Shown here in pieces: positions 1 through 13,000 of a DNA stretch of 64,000 bases. The stretch's first letter is position 1. Each line of letters starts with the position of its first letter. The stretch spans positions 25,110,001 to 25,174,000 of the forward strand of contig NC_092674.1 in assembly GCF_964355755.1 (NCBI RefSeq). Direction: 5' to 3'. The translations under genes and the position numbers were made by a program. The notes beneath the pieces are model-generated. The model did not search any database and was not told the origin of the DNA. It saw only the letters and a list, made by a program, of their open reading frames with translations. The stretch comes from Antedon mediterranea. Its lineage: Eukaryota > Animalia > Echinodermata.

Positions 1-848
1 GAGGAGTTTGCGATTCTAGTAATACTAGTAGTAGGTTGAAATTATGTTATCACCCAAAAAAACTGTTATTTGATTTGATGGATTCAGAAACCTTTAGCAT
101 ACAGTAGTTTATTAAGTTTTCAGGTCTACAATGTAGAAAATTTTAGAAAACTTGTTTTCTCAAACTCAAAGTTGTTTGTAGTTGGGTCTAACTAGCGCCC
201 AAACGTTTGTTTACAAACTCCGAATTTTGTTACTGTTTGGATTAATGTGTGTTGCCACTCTATCATCTAGGTCTACTAGACGCTAAGTCGGCAAACCTCA
301 GCAAAATAGATGGCTAAGAAGGTTTACTTAGAAACTTATTCTCTTCAGTTTTCCGAAGTTTGAGAACTTACTCGAACTCGAAATTTGCATTTTTTAGGTT
401 TGCAAGTGAAGCTGGTAATGGTGGTGGTGTTTTGGTTGTTCCCATCTTGGTGGAAAGATTCGTGGATTGTACCAGTATTATTACTCTGATAAAGACGTTT
501 AATATATTATAAGGCCAACGTTGGGTTATTCATTTAAGCGGCAGTCATACTACCAACGCCACCATTTGTAGAAAAGATAAGAAGTGTGCACCTTTCCTAA
601 CTCCACCCCTTCTGAATACGTCACTGCTCTCTACAAATCTATATTGCATTTATAGGCCAAATGTTATTTGACATGGGAAGTAAATTATTAAAAAAATATA
701 CTTCAATCGCACACCAAGAACAGGTCTACTTTTTACTGTTATCTCTAGCCCAATTGCAAAAAAACTAGTTTCTAAAAAACATCAATTGAAATCTAAAAAC
801 ATGTACACATTTTATATTATAAACTAGTTGAAAATACTTTTATCGGTT

Positions 849-1060
849 TCATGTGAGGCCAATATTTATACCACCGTTGAAGTGATGGTTGAGCGTAATT
901 GGATTTGGTTGGAATTGGTGTCCATTTGGAATGGACTTCTCTGGCGATACTGGCAACGGATCTTCGTCAAGATCCATCCACACTCTCATCTGTGATTGGT
1001 CATCTCTAGTTTCGCTAAGAATGTTCGTCATACGTCCGTCATACAATCCAAATATTCCTC
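849..1060 (-). CDS. DCD-like terminal coding exon 9 (GIFGLYDGRM...GINIGLT*)
   Basis: TTAAAAG| acceptor completes HTG-GIFGL. Stop TGA at 849-851. Confidence 0.92.
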
Positions 1061-4000
1061 CTTTTAACAAAAACAAAAATGGAAACACATTAGAAATATT
1101 TATATATAATGTGAAGAAGTAAATTTTACCTGCCAAGCACTAATGCACACATCGGACTACTTTCATCTTTTCCGACTTTACAATTGCAATTTATCTTGAC
1201 ATTTGGTTTTTACTTCTATTGAAATAGAATCGTCGATCGCTTCAGGTATGAAACGTTGTCAATATTGAATTGCATTCGTGTGTTATTTGGTCATTTTATC
1301 AATAGAAGCGAGTTTAAAAGTTTATGAAAAGTTATATTTGAAATTATTGAAACAGTTTTAAAAAGTAAAAGTAACATCTTGTTTTCGTTTTTCTGCTGAA
1401 TATTCGTAACCAACTGGTTAAAGAATGCCATCGGCTTGTTTCTATTCCATACGTAGTTACATGTTTAGTGTGTTTAAAACCTAAACGTGTTTATAGCTAT
1501 GTTGTTTTCCTCCACTTGTTTAGCAGTCACCATGTGTAAGGTACGTGTTTAGCGTTGCGTGCATACGATTTTACTATGGCGGAAAAAACTCCACACTTGA
1601 ACTCCACACATGAAAATTTAAACGCGTTTGAACCTAAACGTGTCTTTATATTGCTCCACATGTTTAACAATCAACACGTCATTGATGTGTTGAGTTGAGT
1701 ACAGACTTAATATTTAGAGTGTGTTTAGAACCTAAACATGTTCATATCTAAACATGTTTATGGCTAAATGTGTCGGAAAAGTGGGTACATAATACATTAA
1801 GATCTAAACACTATTTTAACAATCTATAGATGGGCCTGTTACTGTCGCCTCACATAAAACAGTCCGCAGTTTCTAGTTGTTATAAATGACACCGCACGAA
1901 TCGAATACCAATTTGCGTCCTTCTTTTATTTTTTTAATGTAATTTTAATGTTATTCTAGCTGTATCCACCACAGACTATGAATGCGATATTTTCTTTTTC
2001 ACAAGACACGGATATGTGGGAGTATATACTACAAACGGTATAGCATTATGCCCACTTATTCTGTAATTGAATACGTTTAATGCGTAAATCTTTAATAACC
2101 CGACTGAGTTGTGTATAAGTGATTGAGAATAAAACTGTAAAAATGATATGTGATATTTAAATCTCCGATCGTATGTCTTGGTTTTAAATCTGAAGTTATT
2201 AGTTTGCTTTGGAAAAATACTTGTGCTTTGGATATATTTAAGCAACTTGGGTTTATGAGTAGCCTACTGTATAAGGCATAGAGCAGTAAGCTTTACGTCA
2301 TTTGTAGGCCTGCCTACTTTCGAGTATGGGGGTTACTCCGGTGTACTAGTATACACACAGTTAAAGTTTCCAAATACCAATACCAACTTACTATTTATTC
2401 AGTGGAACTTTGTTTTGTTTGTCTGGTGTTATCGTAGGGCCTATATTATTCATAGAAATTTACAAAGAAAACTTAATATTATATTGTATTTGGGCCTACA
2501 AGCTTATTCATAGCTTTGGACTATTTTAATTTAATTAGAGCATGTTATAAAGCCAAAGAACGGGCCTGTGTAAGAATATTATCATTGCTGTTTCTTAATT
2601 GGAACATGCGTATTGATCCGATCTACTTTTAGCGATGCGCAACCAATCATAGCTGATAGTGGAAACCGGCCCTCACACTACACGTATTTTTTCCAATTAA
2701 ATCAATCCGCAGAATAATTAATAATGAATGCGTATAAATTATCATCATATAGCCTGTTAACTTATATTAAATTGTATCAGCGTTAAACTGCCAAACCTCG
2801 TAATATTTGTTTTAATATTTCATCTTTTCATTTAAGATTGATTATGAAATTATGCGTTAATTTATCAGATGATATTGAATTTCTGCTCGAGGCTTCTGTA
2901 TCAGCGTTAATGGCCGCTGAACTGCTGACGTGAATGCGTAATATTTTGCCGGTTAAGAATGTTACAAGTTTTCAAGATGATGAAAGTTCGTGTATGACGA
3001 CACAAGTCATTATCAAAGGTAATGGCAATACTTAGAAATTAGTTTCTAAGTTACAAGAAATTAGTTTCTTCATTAAATGACACATATGGAATGTTATATA
3101 ATTAATAGAGTTCGCTGTTAAAGACCTTGCTGCTTTTAAATAATAATGAACATCAAACGCAATTACACCTAATGTTTAGTTTAGAAAGCGTTTGTTTCTG
3201 CGCATGCGTATTCATATCTCTATCTACTTCGCAATGTAAAGCAAGCGCAGCCAAGTTTATAGTTAATATCCAATTCGCCTATCAGAAAATAGGCTTAAAT
3301 ATTGGAAGTTGGAAGGCGCACGCCATACATTAAATGTTATGTTTAAAAATACAAAAAGGTAGCAATTTTACGAGAAAAAAACACTTGTCCACATGCCACT
3401 GCTGTGTAGCAGCAGCAATAGGTAATAACACATTACAAATCATAACGCCTATTTCCATTATAGGCAAATTTGTTCGCGTGAATCGAAAGCATCGGTTTAT
3501 ATAATACGCTTGCATATTTACGTATTCCAAATCCCTTTCTGCGACGAATTCTAGTTCCTTGGGGTTTTCGCTTCAAAGACATTGGTAGTTCGAATAGTTC
3601 CTTATTTTTTGCAAAGCGAAACAAAATATCGCAATCAATCAGAGCGCATCCGAATCGGCCGAAGGAAATAAAATCGGTGCTATTTGCTCAATGTGTACGG
3701 TAGGTTAAAAAAAATGATTCGCGTGACTAAATTCGCCCATCAAATATGGAAAACGGACTTTAAAGTATAAGACTGCATTCGCACTCTTGTTCCGAGTCAC
3801 ACACGTTATAATATTTAAAGTTCTGTCTACACTATCAAACTAGTTTGACAAAAAAGTGTTATGTGTCCAATGGTAAGGATATGCCTAAATATAGTAGAGA
3901 TGTGACATCATCATGCACATCACATTTGTTAGTCACATAAAGTTTGATAGTGTGGACAAAGCTTTACAAAAAGTCGCCGTCTTTCATTCCGCGTGTAGAT

Positions 4001-7000
4001 AAAATGGTTGAACTAACCTGTATGTATGAAAAGAATTCTGTTTCCTTTAAATTTTGATCGGTCGTAGGTCAGATCATGTGACAATCCACTTGCCGCCTTT
4101 CCCGTGTACGTCGGATCTAATAAAATGCCTGTAGTCGTTGCAACTTTTCTAATAAAATCTGTTAAAAAATCTTTATTTTTTAAGCAATGATTACTTTTCA
4201 AGATTGTTTGTAACATTAATGTTGTTACTGAATCGTATAAAACCATGTTTACCTGTTAGTTTATCCAAGGAAATCTAACAGGACACTGAGCTCGCCTTGC
4301 CAAGATAGAAACTCGTAACAGTCCTTTGATCGTATGTCTGGCTGCGACAAATACCAACAGTACTGTTCTATGGATGTACATTATTCTTGGCGAAGCGCGC
4401 GGTGTCTGTTAAGGGCGTGGAACTGATCGTGTCGCAGCCGCAGATAATCCATTTGATCCCCGAAAGTCAGCATCCTGTTGTTTGATTTCCTTGTTTTTAT
4501 CAAATAATAGATAAATATATGAATTCTAGGTCTAACCTACTTCCCTCACCTCCTCAGTGTTTAATTCGGTAAGAAATTATGTTCAAATCTCAATCTATTC
4601 TCGATGGTTTCTGTTATTTCATGTTTTTGCTCCAGCCATGTGCTTTTTGTCACAGGAACTTAGGCCTACTTAATCCCTCAATAGATAAACTTAAGATGCC
4701 AGAGAGGAGCAGTACAAATGTCCACTACGGAACATTTGTTAAAACGCTATTTTTTATCCAAACTATGGCTTTAACTCCAATTGTACAGTGGGCCTACACG
4801 ATTCAGGAAGGTCGAGTTTAAAATACCCGACCAATTTTAGAAGGTATACATAACTCATGACTTTTACTGTCCGAATTGTGAACTTTTCTATGCGTTTAGA
4901 TACTTTCTTTTCAGATATGTAACAACTTAAAAGCACCACTATGTAGATAGGAAATAGCACACATGGGACGTACGTATGGAGCGGTAAAGTGTTTGATTTT
5001 GTCATAGTAAACTATTTTGGTAACAAGTTGACAAGCTTAGTAGAAACTTATGTATTTGATTTAGAAAAGTCAGTATGTAGGCTACACACTTGTGTGTACT
5101 AAAGCTCTGTCTACACTATCACAGTAAACTATACTCATTTACGTATATCGTTCTACAAAGCGATTAATTATCTTAAGATGGTTTTGAAATGGTCGATACT
5201 GTTCATGATTACAATTAGCACAATGTACTACGATACCAGAATATTAATTATTCTTTTAGATTATTTTAGTACCTACTCAAATCGAAATCTAACGCGTGTA
5301 AAGGACAGGATTAATTATTGTTCCATCATATTCAAACAGTGAAATAACTAATTTGATACACAGAGTAAATCTGTTTTGTTTTTTTAGTAACCCACTGCCT
5401 ACTTATCAGCCGCGAGGTCCTTCTGCTTTAAGCAATTTATATCTAATATAGTTCGAAGAGATTAATTGTCGTCGTAAAAACACGATACAAATACATTCAA
5501 ACAGACGCCAAAAGGATTCATATTGAATTAAAGATTTAGGTTAGTTTTTTCCAAGTGTTCTTCTTTTAATGTTGGTTACATTTAGACGGTGACATCGGTT
5601 TTTAATTTTCCCCGCCAAAAATCCAAACTTAAAACACCGAATTTACACCTCATCACATCAGGTAATTTTGTATTGCTTTACAAAAATATTTGGCAGTAAA
5701 TTTTTTTAGTATTATTGCGTTACTTATACCCTATCCGATCAAATTATATACCATGCTAGATTATCATGAATGGACTCAACGAACAATATTATTTTTTCAT
5801 TGAAAAGATTCCAGAGATCCTGACTTCCACATAATATTGACCCAATTGACTCCCCCAAAAACATGAAAATTGAAGATTAATTAAATCATACTTTGAATAG
5901 GTTATTTTGTATTTTTAATAAAGTTAATCACTTGCGTAGAAAAAAAGACGAAAACAAACTTATAAAATGACGAAATAAATAGTTAAATTCAACCAAAAAC
6001 CCATTGACTTCCAGTCAATTTGACTAATTGTTTGCATTTGCTTTTTTTGTTTAGATCCAATTCTTGGTCAAATGTGACATTAAAATGGCATATTCAACAT
6101 TTTTTTTTAAAGAATTATTTTTTCAGGACAATGCATCTTTAATAGAACATTGATAAAATATGTGCGAGATTATAAACGCTTTTGAATTGAAAGGTAACAA
6201 AAAACATCAACAAACAAGCGAGTGTATAACTTCCAAATCTGCTTGAGGCGGAATCGATTTAGAATCTTGAAATCGATAAACAAGCCATCTAGATGTTAAG
6301 AGGTGTTTTAACTACTGTAATACAATTACAATTCACTATTTATTTACTTAGCATTATCGCCTTAACCGATGAATGTAATTATAATAATAATAATATTAGA
6401 TGTAGGCTATGCATAACGGAACATGCTTCTAAAAAATGATACAGTATAAAGACCCTGATCAAGAAGAGAACTTTCACGACCAAAAAAAGATTCCCTTAAT
6501 TCGTGAAAAATACTCTGCTAGAGTAAAGTAAACTTCCCCACTTACAATACACTTATTATGTTGATATAATAACGAAAAATTATGAATTTGTCAATTTAAC
6601 ATAATTTCGACGCGCGTGTAAAAACTATTAACATAATTATAACGCGCACATCAAATTGAGTTATATTGTTAAAAATAATTGTTTTAAATGTTTTTTATTG
6701 AATACGCTATCTTAATATCACATAATAGTTATTCACATTGACCAAAAATTGACTGGAAGTCAATGAGGTTTTTAGTTGAATTTAACCGTCTTTTTATGTG
6801 AAGGGTTTTTTTTTCTACGGAAGTGAGATAACTTTATTAAAACTGCGAAATGGCCTATATTCAAAGTCTTGTTTTGGGGGAACAATACACCTTTAATTGA
6901 ACTACAGACTACCGTAGGCCTACCTATTTCATGGGGCGTTGATAGCCCATATCCATCGCCTTGGTATCCCTCTATAATATTTATGATATCCTCAGACTGG

Positions 7001-10000
7001 ATGGTATCTCCTAGGCCTAGAATATCCAGCGTACTGTTGATATGGGAGTGGAATGTCTTTGCATCGTAGCATACTGCGTAGGCATGTATCCTGCCAGATA
7101 TAAATTGGTATTGAAGATTACTTAGAAGAATAAAATAATAGATTAGACAAATAAAAGGAAAAAACAATGTCACTTCAATTATATATTAAATGAAAAATTC
7201 ATCAAGCAATTACCCATTTGTTGGTCTCATTTTGAACAACTGAACAAATAAATAACAACACAGTTAACAACAACAAAAGGTATAACAATTATTCAATTCA
7301 AAGCGAACATTTTGAATTACCTTAATCTGACCGAATAATTGTAGATTCTAAAAAAACAAGGCCATATAGATGGCTGCAGTCGCGTGCTCAAGTTAGTGTT
7401 TACCGGCCGACCGACTGACATAGTGAGCTGTAGAGTCACGTTGCACGCGACTAAAAATATTAAAATTTGGATTTGAAATAGCCTACATACATGAGTCAAA
7501 GTATGCTTTTTTTTGTCCAGATATTAAACGTAAAATACCACTTTCTCCGATATTCTTAAATTATTTGTTTCTCAGCCTTTTATTTCATAATTATCCATTT
7601 CGATAAATATTTTTCTATTCTCAGTGAAATGTTTTTCATAGTTTTAACTATTATTAGTGTCATTACAATATTTACTTACTGTGACCAATCATGACGCGAT
7701 GGACCACCGAGTTGTCGCTTGTGATTGGTCAACTCACTTGCGAATTGCGCCTACGGCGTCGCGTTTCAGCGTCCAAGTGGGAACCGAGTGACTCGGGTGA
7801 ATCAAGGCAATCTAACAAGAGGACACTGAACTCGCCTTGTCAAAATAGGAACTTGTAACATTCTTTTGGTCTTATGACTGGCTGCGACAAACACCAACAG
7901 TACTACTATAAATACATATTGGAACTGATCGTGTCGCAGTCACAGATAAAACCTTTGATCTCCGGAGTTCAGCATCCTGTTGTTAGATTGCCGTGGTTGA
8001 ATTAAACCTATTTCGAAAGGTTAGCCGTTGTTACTTACTTTAACTTGGATCCTGTCAAATAGTTGCCAATTGCAAGACCTGCGGCGTTCTCCCCAGTTGC
8101 AATTGTCACGATGATGTCATCAAATCTTTCTTGGATGCCCTTTAAGAACAAGTAAAGTACCATATTTAAAACAAGTTAAGATAGTAGTAATATCGTTTTA
8201 AGGTTTGCATGGCAAGAATCAATATGTTGATATAAAGCTCTTTACACTATCAAGCTTTTATGATGTCATATCACTACCATATTTGGGCATATCACCACCA
8301 TATTTAGGTGCATCACATTTTTTTTATGTCAAACTAGTATAAATAGTGTAGACAGCTTAAAATGTGTGTAGTAAGAACTGTTGAGTTTTTGGGTTTAAAA
8401 AAAAAAAAAAAACTGTTGAACAACTCCACAGTTCTTTTTAGATCTGCACACGTGGTGTACTAGACCTGCTTTAAACTTTATTATCAACGTAAGTTAAAGA
8501 TAATATTATAATAGCAATTTCAAAATAAAAGATTGAATTTAATTAAAGTTAAGCTCTGTTTACACTATCAAACTTTATGTAACAACAAAATGTGATGTGA
8601 CCATAAAATAGACACGATGATATCACTGGCTTATTTGGGAACATCATTACTAACTTTGGGCACATCACTACCATATTTTGGTGCATGGAACTTTTTTTGG
8701 TCAAACTAGTTTGATAGTGTAGACAGAGCTTAAGAATTATCTAGGATAGCCTACTTAACTTTCAGAGGAAGGGTAGACATAGGCCTATACAGTACTATAA
8801 TTCGACTTCAGACGAAGGGAAAGGGCATCCAATACCCTCAGAAGGCCCCATTGGATATAGAATGTAATCATTAATTTTGCGAACGTGTGTAGTATATTTT
8901 CAATTTGAGCAATCATTAGTAATTCATCAAGGAAACCAACTAAAGAAACACATCACGTGCTAATAAATAGTACAATTATTGTACGCATGCGTGCACCAAC
9001 TTCATCTTTCTGCGATTTCATTGACAAATGATTCTGATAAGTAGGATCCCTATATGATCCGATAAAGAAACGGATATTTTACGGAATAATGCATGTTTAT
9101 GGCCTAGATACATCATCTAATAATAAATAACTTAAACAAGTGAGCTGCTTCATAACGCACATACCATACCATATAAGCTTTCATGTCAACATTATTTTAC
9201 TGCAGTAACTAAATAATATTTGGTAACACGTTTATTTATTTATTTAACAATATCTTTATACAGAATTACACAATCACGTAAAAGAAAACCAGTTTTACAT
9301 TGTGCTCCCGTCGTAAATTAAAAAAAAAATCAGGAAAAATAAGTGTAGTCTTGTGAGAAAAAAAATGAGATCGGTATGTAGCTTTGAATAAAGAAATTGT
9401 TAGGGAGTATTTCATTTCAGTGGTAGGTTATTCCATATTTTTGCAATTATTTATTGTAATTTAGTTTTATTGCAGTAAATACTTTTACATTGAAACAAAC
9501 TAATCAATAGCTATTGTATAGTTTTATGTAAATATGGTGTCGGTTCGAAGTTTTTAAACAGATCAAACAATCGAATCAAATTAACCCAAAATTATTATTA
9601 AGGTATAATTTCATTGTTAATCCCAAATGCGCATGCTCAATTATTTAATAAGCTATATAAGGAATAAAACTATGAAATTCTTTATTGTTTGATGTTTAAT
9701 TTGCACTCAATAAATTACTCGTACTAGTTTTTCATTGTAATTTAGTCTTAACTGAAAACATCTAGATAGAAAGCTCAATAAATCTTCTTTTTGTTTTATA
9801 AATATCTCATTAAAATTGTTTGAATGAGATCACGGAGAGTTATAATGCAATAATTAATGTTTTACTCGTCGCATTGTTCAACTTGACGTGCATGCCGTGA
9901 AACAATGGCCACATTCCATAACATTGTCATGTTTAAAGTCATTAGCCAAATTACCAACATCTGATATCGATTCGCTTTTCCATGTTTCGTATGTATTTAT

Positions 10001-13000
10001 TTTTTATTTTATTTTCAATTGTTTTGGTTTTTCTAATGTAGTTCTTTCTTCTTTTTTTACTATTCTAATCATATTGTATCTATAGATTCAATGATCACAT
10101 TATATCTCGATTGATGTCTTTTTTTTAGCCTATTCAGGAGTACCTTTTTTTGTGTTTTATCGAACATACATTCTGTTAAAGTATATAGCTGACCTAAGTC
10201 ACATAGGTAAGCCCGGCTCGAGAGTTTCTAGAGCTTTCAAGGGAACCTCTTCCTCAAATACTATTTTTAAACTAGAAATTAGCAGCAGAAGTGATCACAA
10301 TAGGCCTTTACTGAAAAAAACCACTCCATCCAACCTTAACAACCCTTTCCAAATAAATAAAAGCAACATTAAATACTATTTTAAAACGGTTTTATTTTAT
10401 GTTCTCCTCTTCTTCATCAAGCACGCCAAACTGTACTCTATCTTTAAAAAAAACATAGGCCTGGAGAAATGGTATTCACACTCAATTCATTTTACTGTGT
10501 TTAAATATAGGTCTCCTATTGACTGCTGTGAACATTCTAGGCGCGTCTGTGGACAGGTCTCTACATAAATTGCAATTTTGAATAATGCTCGTTAGGCCAA
10601 GCGCATTATTTACATAAAATGTCAAAAACTGTTCACGTAACGCGTTCAGTTGTATATTACTTCATGCACTGGATACGCTCAATTTACTTATTCTAATATG
10701 CGTTTGACATGCTCGTGATGATGGAGTGAACTTACAATAATATACTGCATTAAAAACAAATATCAAAACGACGATTTCCAATTTTCTCTTTCTAAATTCG
10801 TGCGTCACGAGTAGTTGCGTGTTAAGTTATACAATGGATACGAAGCATCGATAGCGTAGCGAAAAATTAAAAGTATCCACTGTTTTGGAAGCGGTTGTAG
10901 AATTTAGTTGAACTTAATACTTTTACATTCCTTTGTCGTACTTCCTGATTCTTAAATAGTAATTTTTTTTTTGTATTTTAATCAAATTAACGATTCTACT
11001 ATTTTCTTAATATACAAAGAACATTCTAAAGTATATAAGTTTATATTACTCATGAAATATGCTGCACTTACTGTCGCGATTGATAATGATTATAAACTCG
11101 TTGCGAATGCATTTCAGCGTTCATGATCAAAACATTTACTATGAAATGTGACTTTATGAATTTTCAATTCGAAAAAAATATTAAATACATTACAAGACCT
11201 CTATAACTAAGATTTATTGACATTGTACATACTTTAGTGCGTTTATGTTGGCAATAGAATAAAATATTAATAAGGAATGTATTTTATGCGATTTAAATTA
11301 TCAGAATAAAATGTAATGCTTTCTTCAAAATCATGTTGTGTTGAAAATATTGATGAAAGATGTGAATTTGTAGTAGTGGTGCAGATTAGCATTGATATAA
11401 ATCGGATTAAATGAATTCCATGGCTTCAAATCGCTCTTTACAGATCGGCATCCCTTCTACAGGGACCATAGAACTCTTCTTTTGGGACACTAGTCAGGGT
11501 ACCGAAGGTGCCGGTGTCGCCTTATGGGTTCTTATGTAGGCCTATGCACTAAAATATGCTCTTATGGCCGACTAATGTCAATTAGTCGTACATTCATCTG
11601 AATGATCCTTTGGCTGGTCCCAACAGTGGCCAAGGGCTTTTCTCGTCCAGTGCCCACCTTAACCAGAAGAAAGGCATAAGCCAATACGTCTGAGGTAGAT
11701 AGGCCTACTAGGTGCAGGGGCTGCCAGCAGTGCTGATTTAAATTGCCTAATGGGACCCCACTTTATATCAGCACCCGGTATTCCCAGATGGTCTCCCATC
11801 GAAGCTCTAACCGGGCACAATGTTGCTTAACGTCGGTGATCTGACGAGAACCGGTGTTTTAACGTGGTAAAATATGCTCTATGATCTTAATAACTACAGG
11901 TTATATGATTAAGAGGGAGATGGCAGGAAAACGTTTTTGGAGCAATTATAAGCCGACCCTATAATTTTAGATAGACCTTATCCTAAACTATACCGCGCAT
12001 GCGTCTGCGCATCATTATCCAAATTTTGGCAAGTGTGCGCATGGAGAGAGCTTGTATTTTTAAATTTGTTTTATCTCACTTGATCAAGAAGTTCTTGCCA
12101 TGCCCATAAATATCCCTGTACTGCTATTGTGCTCGGTTTGCCAACTGGGATCAAATATGACTTTATCTTGCGGATTTCACTAATAGAAAAAAAGAAAATG
12201 GAAAGAACATTATGTCGTATACAATTGACAGTGCTTACTATAGATCATTATATTTATTTCAAAGCATATTATGATGATATATATTTATTCATTAAAAAAA
12301 TACTTTCGAATAAACCCATAGTTTTATTATAACGCAACCCCGACCTTTGAATAGCACGTGTAGAGGATATTGTTTAAAAAAAGGGTTCGATTTTTCTAAC
12401 ATTAATTTCATTGCCCGTTTAGGCCTCTATTCAAAATTCAGTAGAACCTCTTCGGGAAATTGCTACCTAGGGGTCACCCTATTAAAGCAACATGTTTGGG
12501 TCGTGAATTTACAAGTCCCCTTAATAGAGATTATACTGTAATTAATACTTTTTAATATCATTTTTCTCATAAACTGAACAACCCTCTCCACTTGCCATTC
12601 ATTTTATGTATTTTGACTAATACTAAACAATAATATTAAAACACCGTGACGTAATATTATGTAGGTCAAGTTTTTATGACCTTCAAACTGCTTAACAACC
12701 ACTTTGAAATGTTATAACATCAATGCCGTAACGCTAAAATTTGAAAACTTGCATAAATACAATTCACCTGATAATTCGAGATCAATTGGTACCTTATACG
12801 CATGCGTCAACATCCAATTAAGTGTTTCCAAGTTTCTTTAATATTGGTACTTTAACTTGTACCACTTAAAATAATGAAAAGTAGGATTTTACAATAAGAA
12901 AGGGTCTCGAATTTGATGGGTGACTTGTATTTTAAAATATTGTATTGTAACAAATTATTTACAACTTCGATTACAATGTTACATTAGCGTTTATGAGAAG

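Noticed and set aside
1450-1815. Region rich in AAAC(A/G)TGTTT/CTCCACAC words, probably a decayed MITE
   Set aside because: No matching termini or TSD could be fixed, so it was not called as a feature.
10152-10568. 138-aa ORF on the + strand
   Set aside because: Non-ATG start, no recognisable motif, and it lies in AT-rich repeat-like intron sequence.
11769-11867. Functional 5S rRNA gene
   Set aside because: The 5' end is missing, there are several substitutions, no T-run terminator follows, and it is fused to a SINE body inside a TSD.
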